DNA of 64,000 bases, from positions 1,478,259 through 1,542,258 of the forward strand of contig OZ253545.1 in the NCBI GenBank assembly GCA_965262615.1. Direction: 5' to 3'. The position numbers and the translations under genes are program-made. Of this stretch, positions 9,923-20,313 are shown piece by piece. This DNA comes from Alphaproteobacteria bacterium (lineage in GTDB: Bacteria > Pseudomonadota > Alphaproteobacteria > GM7ARS4 > G965262615). The notes under the pieces were generated by a model, which worked only from the letters and a program-made list of their open reading frames with translations, was not told the DNA's origin and did no database searches. The number at the start of each line of letters is the position of its first letter. The stretch's first letter is position 1.

Positions 9923-10450
9923 ATGAACACACAAACTGCACTGCCTCTCAATATCGCTGTCCTCACCATCTCCGATAGCCGCAACGCCGACACCGACACA
10001 TCAGGACAGTATCTCAAAAAAGCCGCCACACAATGCGGACACAAAATTCTCCATCACGCCATCATCCCCGATGATGAAGAAAAAATCCGCAAGGAATTTC
10101 AGCAATGCATTGACAATGACTCCATTGACATCGTCATCTCCACCGGCGGCACTGGTGTCACCGCCCGAGATGTCACCGTTGAGGCTTTGCGGGGCTGTCT
10201 TGATAAAGAAATTGAAGGCTTTGGCGAGATTTTTCGTGCCATCAGTTATGAAAAAATCGGCACATCGGCGTTGCAATCTCGTGCTCTGGCGGGCGTTGCC
10301 AATGGCACTTATCTGTTTGCTCTGCCTGGGTCGCCCTCTGCCTGCCGTGACGCATGGTGTGACATTCTCCAGCACCAACTCTCCATCAGCACCAAGCCGT
10401 GCAATCTTGCCGAGCTCATCCCACGCCTCAAACAAAGTCCCCCCTCATGA
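9923..10450 (+). CDS. moaB: Molybdenum cofactor biosynthesis protein B
   Basis: IAVLTISDSR, TGGTGVTARDVT, FALPGSPSAC, PCNLAELIPRL. Confidence 0.93.
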   Translation: MNTQTALPLNIAVLTISDSRNADTDTSGQYLKKAATQCGHKILHHAIIPDDEEKIRKEFQQCIDNDSIDIVISTGGTGVTARDVTVEALRGCLDKEIEGFGEIFRAISYEKIGTSALQSRALAGVANGTYLFALPGSPSACRDAWCDILQHQLSISTKPCNLAELIPRLKQSPPS

Positions 10451-11697
10451 CGGCTCATGATTCCCTCGCACACTTTGCCCTGATTATTCTTGTGGCATTG
10501 GCTTGTGGCGCGCTGCTCACCCGCCTCAAACAGCCCGCCATCTTGGGATACATGCTGGCGGGCTTGCTCCTGGGACCTGCCGGCTTCACCGTGATTGCCG
10601 ACCGCGAACAAATCGCCTTTCTTGCCGAATTGGGAATCATGACCTTGCTCTTTACCATCGGCACTGAACTGCCCGTCACGGTGGTGCGGCGCGTGTGGCG
10701 TCCTGCTTTGACCACCTGCCTGTTGCAAACCGTTGTCGCCGGACTGTGCATCCTCCCCATCGCCACCATCTTTGCCTGGCAATGGCAGGTGGGACTCTTA
10801 TGGACATTCATCCTCGCCCTCTCCAGCACCGCGGTGGTGATGAAAACCCTCATTTCCCTCAATATTATTGAATCGCCGCCCGGCAAGCTCATCAGCGGCA
10901 TTCTCATTGGGCAGGATATTTTGTTCATTCCCATGATGACCATCATCGCCGCTGTCGCCGTCCATGATATCAACATCACCACCGCCTTTCATGTGGTGAT
11001 GTCGCTGGCATTGCTGGTGGGCATCATTTTTCTGCTGGGACGGCGCGCCTCCATCAAACTGCCACTGTATTTTATCAAGGATCAAGAATTGCTCATCCTG
11101 CGGGCTGTGTTTTTGTGTTTTGGCTCGGCGGCACTGGCAAGCGTCATTGGACTATCCCCGGCTTATGGCGCATTTCTCTCGGGACTCATTCTTGCCCATA
11201 GCTCCGAGAGAGACGCATTGCTGGAAGTCATTCGTCCTGTCAGCAACCTGCTCATGATGATGTTCTTTATCTCCATCGGCATGCTGATTGATATTAATTT
11301 CATCCTCTCTCACATGGGGACTGTCTTTGCGGTGCTGCTGGCGATTTTGGTTGTGAAAACGCTCGCCACCATTGCCATCGCTCGCTTTGCTGGCGAGCCT
11401 CTGCCTCATGCCATCATTGCGGGAGTGCTGCTGGCACAAATCGGTGAGTTCTCATTTCTGCTGGCACAACAAGGGCTGATGCTCAACCTCATTGGTGCGG
11501 CGGCGTATAATCTCATCATTGCGGTCACGGTTCTTTCATTGATTGTGACCCCTTTGTGGATTCATATTGCTCGCCGTGTGTTTCGCTTTGCCATGCGGGC
11601 ACAATCATGGCAGGAATTGCTGCACAAATCCTTTGGCGATTATCAGGAAAAATTAAACGCCATCATTGCTCAGCTGCAAAAAAAGCCGCCATCATGA
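10447..11697 (+). CDS. Cation:proton antiporter, CPA2/Kef family (no C-terminal KTN domain)
   Basis: QPAILGYMLAGLLLGP, ALSSTAVV, LAQIGEFSF; many TM segments. Confidence 0.88.
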   Translation: MTAHDSLAHFALIILVALACGALLTRLKQPAILGYMLAGLLLGPAGFTVIADREQIAFLAELGIMTLLFTIGTELPVTVVRRVWRPALTTCLLQTVVAGLCILPIATIFAWQWQVGLLWTFILALSSTAVVMKTLISLNIIESPPGKLISGILIGQDILFIPMMTIIAAVAVHDINITTAFHVVMSLALLVGIIFLLGRRASIKLPLYFIKDQELLILRAVFLCFGSAALASVIGLSPAYGAFLSGLILAHSSERDALLEVIRPVSNLLMMMFFISIGMLIDINFILSHMGTVFAVLLAILVVKTLATIAIARFAGEPLPHAIIAGVLLAQIGEFSFLLAQQGLMLNLIGAAAYNLIIAVTVLSLIVTPLWIHIARRVFRFAMRAQSWQELLHKSFGDYQEKLNAIIAQLQKKPPS

Positions 11698-12290
11698 AGA
11701 TTATCGCTGGCGTTGATGAATCGGGCAGGGGGCCATTGGCAGGACCCGTTGTGGCGGCGGCGGTCATTCTCTCCAACAAAACGCCGCCTCTCCCTTTGCG
11801 TGATTCAAAAAAATGCTCCCCACAAAAACGCCAGATTCTCTATCAGTGGCTGATTCATCGTAGTGGCGCGCAAGCCTATGCCATTCGAGCTGCCTCATCG
11901 CGCCATATCGATCATCGCAACATTCGCCAAGCCACGCTGAATGCCATGACCAAATGTGTCTTGGCATTATCCTTGAAGCCGCACTGCGTCCTCATTGACG
12001 GCATTGATACCCTGCCTCTGCCCTATGACAATCGTGCCATCATCGGCGGCGATGACAGCGAACCCGCCATCGCCGCCGCCTCCATTATTGCCAAAGTCAT
12101 GCGCGATCGCATCATGAGACGCCTTGCACGACGCTATTATCGCTATGGTTGGAAGAAAAATAAAGGATACAGCACTCCCCACCATAAAGAAGCTCTGCAA
12201 CTCTATGGCGCAACGCCTCATCATCGCATGACCTTCAAACCACTGCGCCAATTATCTCTTGAGCAGAGGCAATCGCAACACCACAGCTAA
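11694..12290 (+). CDS. rnhB: Ribonuclease HII
   Basis: AGVDESGRGPLAGPVVAAA, DSKK, IAAASIIAKV.RD. Confidence 0.95.
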   Translation: MKIIAGVDESGRGPLAGPVVAAAVILSNKTPPLPLRDSKKCSPQKRQILYQWLIHRSGAQAYAIRAASSRHIDHRNIRQATLNAMTKCVLALSLKPHCVLIDGIDTLPLPYDNRAIIGGDDSEPAIAAASIIAKVMRDRIMRRLARRYYRYGWKKNKGYSTPHHKEALQLYGATPHHRMTFKPLRQLSLEQRQSQHHS

Positions 12291-13613
12291 GCCGCCCCAT
12301 TCGCTGTCATCCAGCGTGATTTCGCCCTCATAGAGTTGCACGGCTTCGCGCACAATGGACAATCCCAAGCCACTGCCCGGGGTCATTTCATCCAATCTCT
12401 TGCCTCTGGCAAAGACCTCCTCGCGCCGTTCCTTTTGCAATCCCACGCCATCATCTTCAATCACAATGTGCATCTGTTTGGCAGACAACATGCGCGCCTC
12501 AAAGCGCACCCGACTCTTTGCCCATTTACAGGCATTCTCCAACAAGTTTCCTAAAATCTCCTCAAGGTCGCCTCGCTCACCGTGAAACTGCAAATCCTGC
12601 GGGCGAATATCCACCTCTATTTTTTTATCGTGATAGATTTTACTCACCACATTGCACAATCCATCCACCACGGTGCGCACGGATGTCCCCTCGCCCGATG
12701 TCTTGCGCCGCGCCACCATGCGCGCTCGCGCCAAATGATGCTCCACATAGCGTGTCATCAAAGTGCCATTGCGCTCCATGGCCCGCGCCAATTGTCTCGC
12801 CGCATCGGCTGGATTCTTTTTGTTGGCTAAAAACTGACGCGCCTCGCCCATCAAAACAGCCAGCGGCGTTCGCAGTGCATGAGCCAAATTGCCCACATGG
12901 TGACGGGCATGATCCACCAAATCACGATTATGATCCAGCAGGGCGTTAATCTCATCGGCAAGGGGTTGAACTTCAGTGGGAAATTGTCCTTGCAAATGGG
13001 TCCGCTTGCCTTCACGAATCAGTGATAAGTCTCTGCCGATAGAACGCAACGGACGCAAGCCATAACGAACCTGCATAAAAATGCCAACCGCAAGAAACAC
13101 CGCCAGTAACACAATGGACAAAAATAAAATCACATTAAAACGGCGAATGTTGCGCTCCAATTCTTGTGACGCTCCTGTGAGAATAAAACGCACCCCCGCA
13201 TCCAATTCCGACAAGAACACATCGTGACTCACATAGCGCAACGATTGGTCATCAAGCACAAGATTGCCCTTACTGCCGAAATCATCGGCGTTGTAGGCGA
13301 GATTTTTATCCCACAAAGAGCGTGACCGCAGCAACACCTCGCCCTCGTTGTTTTCAATCTGCCAGTACCATCCGGAGTAGGGCTCTTGAAATCTCTTGTC
13401 ACTGGGCGTTCCCTGCAATTCCAGTCTCCCGCCGCGAGTGATGGTCGCCCCTGCCAGTAGACCATCCAAATGCACCAACAGCTGATTATCAAACGATTGC
13501 TGCACCGCCTCACGAAACGACTGGGATAACAAAAATCCGCCCCCAGACACCACCACCACCAACAATAACACCCAGCTGATGGTCAGACGAAAAGCCAGCG
13601 AATCAATGCGCAT
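12252..13613 (-). CDS. Sensor histidine kinase (FeuQ/PhoQ-like)
   Basis: Two TM segments, H-box LAHALRTPL, NLLENACKW, EDDGVG, GSGLGL. Confidence 0.92.
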   Translation of the reverse strand: MRIDSLAFRLTISWVLLLVVVVSGGGFLLSQSFREAVQQSFDNQLLVHLDGLLAGATITRGGRLELQGTPSDKRFQEPYSGWYWQIENNEGEVLLRSRSLWDKNLAYNADDFGSKGNLVLDDQSLRYVSHDVFLSELDAGVRFILTGASQELERNIRRFNVILFLSIVLLAVFLAVGIFMQVRYGLRPLRSIGRDLSLIREGKRTHLQGQFPTEVQPLADEINALLDHNRDLVDHARHHVGNLAHALRTPLAVLMGEARQFLANKKNPADAARQLARAMERNGTLMTRYVEHHLARARMVARRKTSGEGTSVRTVVDGLCNVVSKIYHDKKIEVDIRPQDLQFHGERGDLEEILGNLLENACKWAKSRVRFEARMLSAKQMHIVIEDDGVGLQKERREEVFARGKRLDEMTPGSGLGLSIVREAVQLYEGEITLDDSEWGGLAVVLRLPLLKR

Positions 13614-14274
13614 CACTGCCAGCAACAAATCGGTAGCCAAGACCCCGTTCGGTCTTAATCACATCATCACCCAATTTGCGCCGCAAACGACCGATAAAAA
13701 CCTCAATGGTATTGGAATCAAGATCAAAATTCTGATCATATATGTGTTCGGTCAATTCCGTCCGAGACACGATTTTGTCATAGTGATGCATGAAATAGGC
13801 GAGAATTTTATATTCCTGAGCGGTTAAATCCACCGCACTGCCCTTCAGAGTGACGCGCGCACTACGGGTATCCAGCAGGATGTCGCCGTAACTGATGGTG
13901 GGAGACGCAATGCCCGATGAGCGTCTAATCAATGCCTTGAGGCGCGCCACCAGTTCTTCTAATTCAAATGGTTTGGCAAGATAGTCATCCGCCCCTGCAT
14001 CAAATCCTTCCACTTTTTCGCGCCAGCTGTCTCGTGCGGTCAAAACCAAGACGGGCATGGTGTGTCCGTCATTGCGCCATTTTTTCAAAACGGACAATCC
14101 ATCCATCATGGGCAATCCCAAATCCAAGACGATGGCATCATAGGGTTCGCTCTCCCCCAGATAGTGTCCCTCCTCGCCATCGCCGCAGTGGTCTACCACA
14201 TACCCCGCCGCCGTCAAACCGCTTTTCAATTGAGACGCAAGGGACTGGTCATCTTCCACCACTAAAATACGCAT
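13603..14274 (-). CDS. OmpR-family response regulator (FeuP/PhoP-like)
   Basis: MRILVVEDD, LDLGLP, GADDYLAKPF, winged helix with RGLGY. Confidence 0.94.
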   Translation of the reverse strand: MRILVVEDDQSLASQLKSGLTAAGYVVDHCGDGEEGHYLGESEPYDAIVLDLGLPMMDGLSVLKKWRNDGHTMPVLVLTARDSWREKVEGFDAGADDYLAKPFELEELVARLKALIRRSSGIASPTISYGDILLDTRSARVTLKGSAVDLTAQEYKILAYFMHHYDKIVSRTELTEHIYDQNFDLDSNTIEVFIGRLRRKLGDDVIKTERGLGYRFVAGSDAH

Positions 14275-14290
14275 CACTGCCTTCCCATCG

Positions 14291-14602
14291 TTATTTTGAC
14301 CCCACCTGCAAAACCGATGCCGTTCCTGCATCCACATGAACATCCATGAGTCTGCCATCATTGTGCAAGATGCGCATGTGATAGATCCATCCGTGCAATC
14401 CATCCCGACTGTTTTCAAGGCGCACCGCCATGACTCTGCCTTGAAACTGTCGCCCGACCGTTTTCAAAATTTCATCAAGCGGCAAGATGCTACCATCCCG
14501 CACCGCCTGCAAGGCAGCATCCTGATGCACATCGTCATCAGCATGAGATGGCGTGAGCATCGTCATGACGGCAAAAATCATCCATGGAATCATCATCTTC
14601 AT
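14291..14602 (-). CDS. PepSY-domain periplasmic protein
   Basis: Signal peptide, ALQAVRDGSILPL, VDAGTASVL; typical partner upstream of this two-component system. Confidence 0.8.
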   Translation of the reverse strand: MKMMIPWMIFAVMTMLTPSHADDDVHQDAALQAVRDGSILPLDEILKTVGRQFQGRVMAVRLENSRDGLHGWIYHMRILHNDGRLMDVHVDAGTASVLQVGSK

Positions 14603-14604
14603 GG

Positions 14605-15657
14605 CTATGATATATGACTATTCCAGTGATTGAGCAAGCGTCTCATCAGAGATGAAAACGGAAATTGTTCCTGCTGTTGTGGCAACATCCAAACGGCATG
14701 ATGCGGCTCTTGGCAATTGCGTCCTTCCATGATGCGCGCCTCCAACGAAAAATGCGTAAACACATGCTGCACCGTTCCCGCAATCAGCCGCCAGTCATGA
14801 GCGGGTGGTGCATGGGCTTGCCATTGGCTCGGCGAGATGGATGTCCATTGGGTGTCGCGCCACGGTGTGGACGGCAGCAGCATCGTGCCCGCCAGCAATC
14901 CTGTGTCTTTGCGCCGTTCCAATAAAATCGCCCCCTCGTCATTGCGACACACAAAAAACAAGCCATACAAATGAGGGCGCGCTCGCTTGGTGGGCAAAAC
15001 GGGATAATGAGACTGCTCTCCTCTGTCATAAGCACGACAGATTGTGCACAAAGGACAGCAATCACACAGTGGCATGTGTGGCTTGCAGATGGTTGCACCG
15101 AAATCCATCATTGCTTGCACATAGGCGGCACACTCATTGTGAGGTGTCAGACGCGCCACCATTCGGTAAAGCCAGCGATCCTGCAAGGGTGTGACGCGAT
15201 CATGAGCAAACAGGCGCGTCACCACACGGCGCACATTGCCATCCACCACCACCGCCCGCCGATTGAACGCAATCGCCATAATCGCCGCCGCCGTGTAGCG
15301 ACCAATCCCCGGCAGTGCCAGCCATTCTTTTTCGCAACAAGGAAATCTGCCGTTGCGTTCATGGACAATGATGCGCGCCGTCTCGTGCAAACGATGCGCC
15401 CTGCCGTAATATCCCAAGCCCTGCCACAACAACAGCATGTCGTCGCGTGATGCCGCCGCCAACGCCTGCACCGTGGGAAAGGCGACAATAAAGCGTCTGA
15501 AGTAGGGAATCACCACCGTGACCGTGGTCTGTTGCAGCATCACCTCACTGAGCCACACATGATAAACAGTGCGGCGACTCTCCCGCCACGGCAGAATCCG
15601 AGAATTCCTTCCATACCATCGCAAAATTGCCGATTGGATATATTCCACTGATGCCAT
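14605..15657 (-). CDS. mutY: A/G-specific adenine glycosylase
   Basis: VWLSEVMLQQT, WQGLGYY, LPGIGRYTA, VVDGNV, Fe-S CX6CX2CX5C. Confidence 0.95.
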   Translation of the reverse strand: MASVEYIQSAILRWYGRNSRILPWRESRRTVYHVWLSEVMLQQTTVTVVIPYFRRFIVAFPTVQALAAASRDDMLLLWQGLGYYGRAHRLHETARIIVHERNGRFPCCEKEWLALPGIGRYTAAAIMAIAFNRRAVVVDGNVRRVVTRLFAHDRVTPLQDRWLYRMVARLTPHNECAAYVQAMMDFGATICKPHMPLCDCCPLCTICRAYDRGEQSHYPVLPTKRARPHLYGLFFVCRNDEGAILLERRKDTGLLAGTMLLPSTPWRDTQWTSISPSQWQAHAPPAHDWRLIAGTVQHVFTHFSLEARIMEGRNCQEPHHAVWMLPQQQEQFPFSSLMRRLLNHWNSHIS

Positions 15658-15704
15658 AAACAACCATAGCATATTTTGTGGCAACCGTGTTATGATGCGT
15701 CATC

Positions 15705-16028
15705 ATGGAAGCAAAAAATCGTCCCGTATCGCGTAGCTTTGCCGAAGCTCTGCCATCTCTGCGACCACTGGCACAAAGACCAGCATCACCAAAAGCGCGC
15801 AGCGAAAAGATCAAAAACAATTGGCAAGACATCATGCAAGAAGACATGACCAAAACCATGCAGTGTCATGGTATCATCATCAGACGCAAACAATACATCC
15901 TGCAGGTGAGCTCGCCCGACATTCATCCACTCATGATGCGCCATCACAGTCCCGCAATAGTCAAGAAAATAAATGACTTCTTTGGCGAGACGATGATTGA
16001 TGGTATAAAGCTCATCACGCTTGATTAA
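15705..16028 (+). CDS. DUF721/DciA family protein
   Basis: W.DIM, IVKKINDFFG; conserved mutY-DUF721-dsbA-smc context. Confidence 0.7.
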   Translation: MEAKNRPVSRSFAEALPSLRPLAQRPASPKARSEKIKNNWQDIMQEDMTKTMQCHGIIIRRKQYILQVSSPDIHPLMMRHHSPAIVKKINDFFGETMIDGIKLITLD

Positions 16029-16049
16029 TTACATCATTCTTCTTATGAT
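16021..16049 (+). promoter_or_regulatory. Sigma70-like promoter for probable leaderless dsbA-smc transcript
   Basis: TTGATT-17 nt-TATGAT, 6 nt before ATG 16056; no SD. Confidence 0.55.
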
Positions 16050-16055
16050 AGTCTT

Positions 16056-16676
16056 ATGACTTCTTTTGTTCTTTCAATTTTTTCTGTTCTGTTCCTGACT
16101 CTTGGCGGGTCGCTGCCTGTGTGGGGCGAAATCGCCGACACTTTGGATGCCATGCAGGAAAAAGCATTGGGCAGCAGCGATGCTCCGGTGACGGTCATTG
16201 AGTATGCCTCTTTGACTTGTCCTCATTGTGGTCATTTTCACAATGGCATTTTGCCGGAGCTCAAAAAGGAATTCGTTGATTCGGGAAAGGTTCGTTTTAT
16301 CTATCGCGATTTTCCTTTGGATCATTTTGCGTTGCGGGCGGCGATGCTGGCTCGCTGTAACAGTCATCGTGACTATTTTGCCTTTTTGGATGTTCTCTAC
16401 AAAGATCAGCAACGCTGGATTACGGCTCAAGATCCGTTGGTGGCATTGTTGCGTCTGGCGCGTCTGGCGGGCATCAATGGCGAGGATTTCAAACAGTGCG
16501 TGGGCAATAAAGGATTGGAAGATGCCATTTTGCAACAACGCCTGCAGGCGGCAAAAAAATATCGCCTGCAAGCCACACCGTCCTTCATCATCAATGAAGA
16601 GCTCTATACGGGCGAGCTCACCTTTGACGGCATCAAAAGTGCCATAGAAGAACAGCTGCCAACAGCCGATGGCTAA
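16056..16676 (+). CDS. DsbA-family thioredoxin-like oxidoreductase
   Basis: Signal peptide, EYASLTCPHC, RDFPLD, ATPSF. Confidence 0.9.
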   Translation: MTSFVLSIFSVLFLTLGGSLPVWGEIADTLDAMQEKALGSSDAPVTVIEYASLTCPHCGHFHNGILPELKKEFVDSGKVRFIYRDFPLDHFALRAAMLARCNSHRDYFAFLDVLYKDQQRWITAQDPLVALLRLARLAGINGEDFKQCVGNKGLEDAILQQRLQAAKKYRLQATPSFIINEELYTGELTFDGIKSAIEEQLPTADG

Positions 16677-19600
16677 TTCGGTTCGTCTTCTTAAAATCGG
16701 CATCAGCGGTTTTAAGACTTTTCCCGACTCTGTTGAAATTCCATTGGCGCAAGGTCTCACCGCGATCATCGGACCCAACGGCTGTGGCAAAACCAATCTG
16801 TTTGATGCTCTGCGCTTCGTCATGGGCGAGAGCGCGCCCAAAGCCCTGCGGTGCCATGACATGGATGAAACCATCTTTGCCGGCAATGAGGATAAAGCAC
16901 GCCGTAACATTGCCGAGGTCACACTGTGGCTGCATGTCTCCAATCCAGAAGACTTGCCCTTTCCCGTGAGTGACAACACCCTTGAGATTTCTCGCCGCAT
17001 TGAACGGGGTGTGGGGTCGCAATGGCGCATCAATGGACGAGAAGTGCGGGCGCGTGATGTCACATTGCTGCTGGGAGATATGGCAACGGGCGCGCGCTCC
17101 AGCATGATTATGGCACAAAACACCATCCATCGCTTTATTGAATCGCCTCCTCTGCAAAGACGCAGCTTCTTGGAAGAAGCCGCGGGCATGAGCGGACTCT
17201 ATGCACGGCGCGATGAAGCCACACGCAAACTCACCAGTGCCACCACCCAGATGGAGCGCATCACAGACCTGCTGCACGAACTCAAAAGCCAGCAGCGCAA
17301 ACTCAAAAAAGATGCCGCACTCGCGCAAACCTATATTGCGCTGAAAAAACGCGTCAAAGCCATTGAACACGCACTGCTCATTTATGAGCAAACAATGCGC
17401 CATCAGCAAAAAACGCAAACCCAACAAGCCCTTGAAGAAAACCGACACCAATTGCAACAAAAGGAAGCCTTGCTTGTCATCGCAGAGGGACGGTGGCAAC
17501 GCCTGCAAAAAATGAACAAACCGCTGCAACAAAAAATGGAACACAACGATGCCCAACGGCAACAGCTCAAAAGTGAGTTCGGTAGCCTCAATGTGGCACA
17601 GCATCACCGTCACAATCACCTCGCCATGACGCAAAAACGATTGCAAGAACTGGAAAAAGACCGCACCACCACCCAAAGTGAACTCACGCGCGCATCCCAA
17701 CACATTGAGGAATATCAAAGAGAATCATCCCCAGACACAAAAGCAATCAAAGACCAGTTGCAAAATCAATTGCAAGAAAAAAACCGTCTGTGGCAAGAGA
17801 GTCAAAAACGCGTTGCGGAGGCACAGCGTCTCTATGAGCAAGACAAACAACGGCACATTCAACACCAAGAGGCACAAAAAGAAGCCCAGCGACTCCAAGC
17901 AGACCTCACACACGACGAGCAGCAGCTCGCCGCTCTGCCACCCACAGCCGAGCACGATGTGGATGAAGTCAAAAAGCAACTGGCGGGGTGGCGGGAAAAA
18001 ATAGAAGAGACACGCCTTCTTGACGATGACTGGCAACAAAAAGAACGCACCGCTGAGACGGAAGCTCAACGGCTCAATCAAAAATTGTCTCAATTTCAAT
18101 CTTTATCGGCGGACTCCATGATTCATCATGTGAGCGTCACGCCCGATTACGAACACGCTCTGGCGGCGGCACTGGGCTACGATTTGGATGCGTCCCACAA
18201 AGGACAAAAAGACCAAGCCTCATGGCATGAGCTACCGCCATTACATGGACGCATCACTCTTGCCGATGTCCCGCCACTCAGCGACTATGTGACCGCGCCC
18301 GCCTCATTGCAAAGACGCTTGCAACAGGTGGGCGTGTGCAACTCGCAAAAAGAGGGACACAAACTTTGGCGTCAATTGACCATCGGACAAAGACTCGTCT
18401 CCAAAGATGGCTATTTGTGGCGATGGGATGGATTTGTCGCCCCGCCCGCCGCCAACACCGAACAGCTGCATATTCTGCAGCGGCAGAAACATCATGAACA
18501 GATGCAAAGTGACCATGACGCTCTGTGTCACACCATTCAAGACATCAAAAAACAGCGCAAAACCCTCAGCGAACAACGCCAGCAATACATGGACGAAGAA
18601 CGGCAGTGCCAAAAACACTATGAGACCATCTATGAGCAATCGGTTCAAATGCAAAAAACCATTGAGCGGCGCGCTGAATTGAATCAGCGCATTGCATCGG
18701 TGAAGGAGAAAATTGCCGCCAATCAAAAAATCGCCCGCACCGCGCAAGAACAAACTCGTCAGCCCATTGATGAAAAACACTTGCGCGAGTGGCAAGACCA
18801 AGACAAACAAAGCGGCTTTGAGCGCGACTCCGCACTGCAAGAATGGGCACAGTGGCAAGCATCTCATGAAGCCGCGCAAAAACAGCATCAGGCATGGCAG
18901 CAAACCATCACCCATTGTGAGCAAACGCTCGCTCAGCTGGAACAGCGTCATAAAGAGGCAACCGCTCAACACAATCAGCTGCAACAGGATGAAGAAAAAA
19001 GCAATGCCCGCCTCGCTCAGCTAGAGCCTTTGATTGCCGAGGCGGAGCGAAAATATCACCTATGGCTGCATCAGAAAAAGCGCATGGAGCGGTGGCTCAC
19101 CCTTCATAAAAATCAATTGGAAAATATCAAAAGCGATATGGAGCAATTAAATGTGACGATGGCGCGCCACGAGGAACGATTGGCACAAAGCCAAACTCAT
19201 GACGAGGAAATGCCCACCAATGATGACCAGCCCGCCATCACCATCACCACTGATGATGAGCGTCAGGCTCAATGGCAGGAATGTCAGCGAGGTCGGGCTC
19301 GGTTGGAGCAAATGGAAAATGACGGCGGCATCAATATGCGGGCACAGCATGACATGGCGACACTTCGTGAGCGCACCGACCAATTGAAAAAAGAAGCCAA
19401 AGATGTGGAGCAAGCCATTGGCACTTTTCGCCAAGCGGTGCGTGATATCAATCAGCGGGGACGCAAAAAACTCAAAGACACTTTCACGCAAATCAACAAG
19501 CACTTTGCCACTATTTTTTCTCAATTGTTTGCGGGCGGTCATGCGGCGATGTCTTTTGTGGGTTCGGAAGATCCCCTTGAGGCGGGCATTGATGTGGCGG

Positions 19601-19959
19601 TGCATCTTGCCAAGAGCAAAAGCAAAAGCCTTTCGCTTTTGTCGGGAGGCGAACGCAGCATGACGGCAATGGCTCTTATGTTTGCCATCTTTGCCACCCG
19701 CCCTGCTCCCCTGTGCCTGCTGGATGAGGTGGATGATTCGCTGGACGAGAAAAACATAGAACTATTGTGCAATCTGCTGCGCATCCTCACGCGCGATCAT
19801 GACACCCGCTTTATCATGGTGACCCATCGTCCTCTCACCATGAGCTTTATGGACCGCCTCTATGGTGTCACCATGCGGCATCAGGGCATCTCTCATCTCG
19901 TGGCTCTTGATATCAAACAGGCTCAAGCACTCGCGCAACGCGAAAAGAGCGTGGCATGA
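16669..19959 (+). CDS. smc: Chromosome segregation protein SMC
   Basis: Walker A GPNGCGKTN, coiled coils, hinge WRWDG, LSGGE, LLDEVD. Confidence 0.93.
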   Translation: MANSVRLLKIGISGFKTFPDSVEIPLAQGLTAIIGPNGCGKTNLFDALRFVMGESAPKALRCHDMDETIFAGNEDKARRNIAEVTLWLHVSNPEDLPFPVSDNTLEISRRIERGVGSQWRINGREVRARDVTLLLGDMATGARSSMIMAQNTIHRFIESPPLQRRSFLEEAAGMSGLYARRDEATRKLTSATTQMERITDLLHELKSQQRKLKKDAALAQTYIALKKRVKAIEHALLIYEQTMRHQQKTQTQQALEENRHQLQQKEALLVIAEGRWQRLQKMNKPLQQKMEHNDAQRQQLKSEFGSLNVAQHHRHNHLAMTQKRLQELEKDRTTTQSELTRASQHIEEYQRESSPDTKAIKDQLQNQLQEKNRLWQESQKRVAEAQRLYEQDKQRHIQHQEAQKEAQRLQADLTHDEQQLAALPPTAEHDVDEVKKQLAGWREKIEETRLLDDDWQQKERTAETEAQRLNQKLSQFQSLSADSMIHHVSVTPDYEHALAAALGYDLDASHKGQKDQASWHELPPLHGRITLADVPPLSDYVTAPASLQRRLQQVGVCNSQKEGHKLWRQLTIGQRLVSKDGYLWRWDGFVAPPAANTEQLHILQRQKHHEQMQSDHDALCHTIQDIKKQRKTLSEQRQQYMDEERQCQKHYETIYEQSVQMQKTIERRAELNQRIASVKEKIAANQKIARTAQEQTRQPIDEKHLREWQDQDKQSGFERDSALQEWAQWQASHEAAQKQHQAWQQTITHCEQTLAQLEQRHKEATAQHNQLQQDEEKSNARLAQLEPLIAEAERKYHLWLHQKKRMERWLTLHKNQLENIKSDMEQLNVTMARHEERLAQSQTHDEEMPTNDDQPAITITTDDERQAQWQECQRGRARLEQMENDGGINMRAQHDMATLRERTDQLKKEAKDVEQAIGTFRQAVRDINQRGRKKLKDTFTQINKHFATIFSQLFAGGHAAMSFVGSEDPLEAGIDVAVHLAKSKSKSLSLLSGGERSMTAMALMFAIFATRPAPLCLLDEVDDSLDEKNIELLCNLLRILTRDHDTRFIMVTHRPLTMSFMDRLYGVTMRHQGISHLVALDIKQAQALAQREKSVA

Positions 19960-20225
19960 ATCAACTAAAGCAGCTCAAAAAGGACATTGAAAAGCACAAA
20001 AACGCCAAACGCGCCAAGCCATCCTCGCGCGCGACGCCCGCCTCATTTGCGTTGCGGGCGGGGAGTGATTTTCTCGGCGCGCTCATCACGGGAGGCTTGC
20101 TGGGCTACGCCGCCGATTCCTACTGGATGACAAAACCTTGCCTGATGATTGGAGGATTGTTTCTTGGTTTGCTGTCGGGCGTTCATCTGCTTTTGCAACA
20201 CGCCGAAAAGATAAGCAAAAAATAG
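19956..20225 (+). CDS. atpI: AtpZ/AtpI family protein
   Basis: Two TM segments, LGYAADSYWMTKP; usual first gene of the alphaproteobacterial F0 operon. Confidence 0.8.
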   Translation: MNQLKQLKKDIEKHKNAKRAKPSSRATPASFALRAGSDFLGALITGGLLGYAADSYWMTKPCLMIGGLFLGLLSGVHLLLQHAEKISKK

Positions 20226-20243
20226 CGACTCGTGAAGCATTTG

Positions 20244-20286
20244 ATTATTGACAAACCAATTATTGACAAACCAATTATTGACAAAC
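20244..20286 (+). repeat. 15-bp tandem repeat x3 (ATTATTGACAAACCA), each with a TTGACA box
   Basis: Units at 20244, 20259 and 20274 (last one 13 bp). Confidence 0.95.
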
Positions 20287-20306
20287 GCTTGAAATGCACA
20301 TATTCT
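20278..20306 (+). promoter_or_regulatory. Sigma70 promoter for leaderless coiled-coil gene
   Basis: TTGACA-17 nt-TATTCT, 7 nt before ATG 20314. Confidence 0.7.
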
Positions 20307-20313
20307 AACCACC

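Noticed and set aside
16074-17718. Long minus-strand ORFs (371 and 361 aa)
   Set aside because: Antisense shadows of dsbA and smc with no recognisable motifs; the same applies to other shadow ORFs in the track.
16669-19959. SMC as a Wadjet/defence ATPase
   Set aside because: Standard mutY-DUF721-dsbA-smc-atpI context and no jet partner genes; Gln-rich arms and the DDSLD D-loop are taken as divergence.
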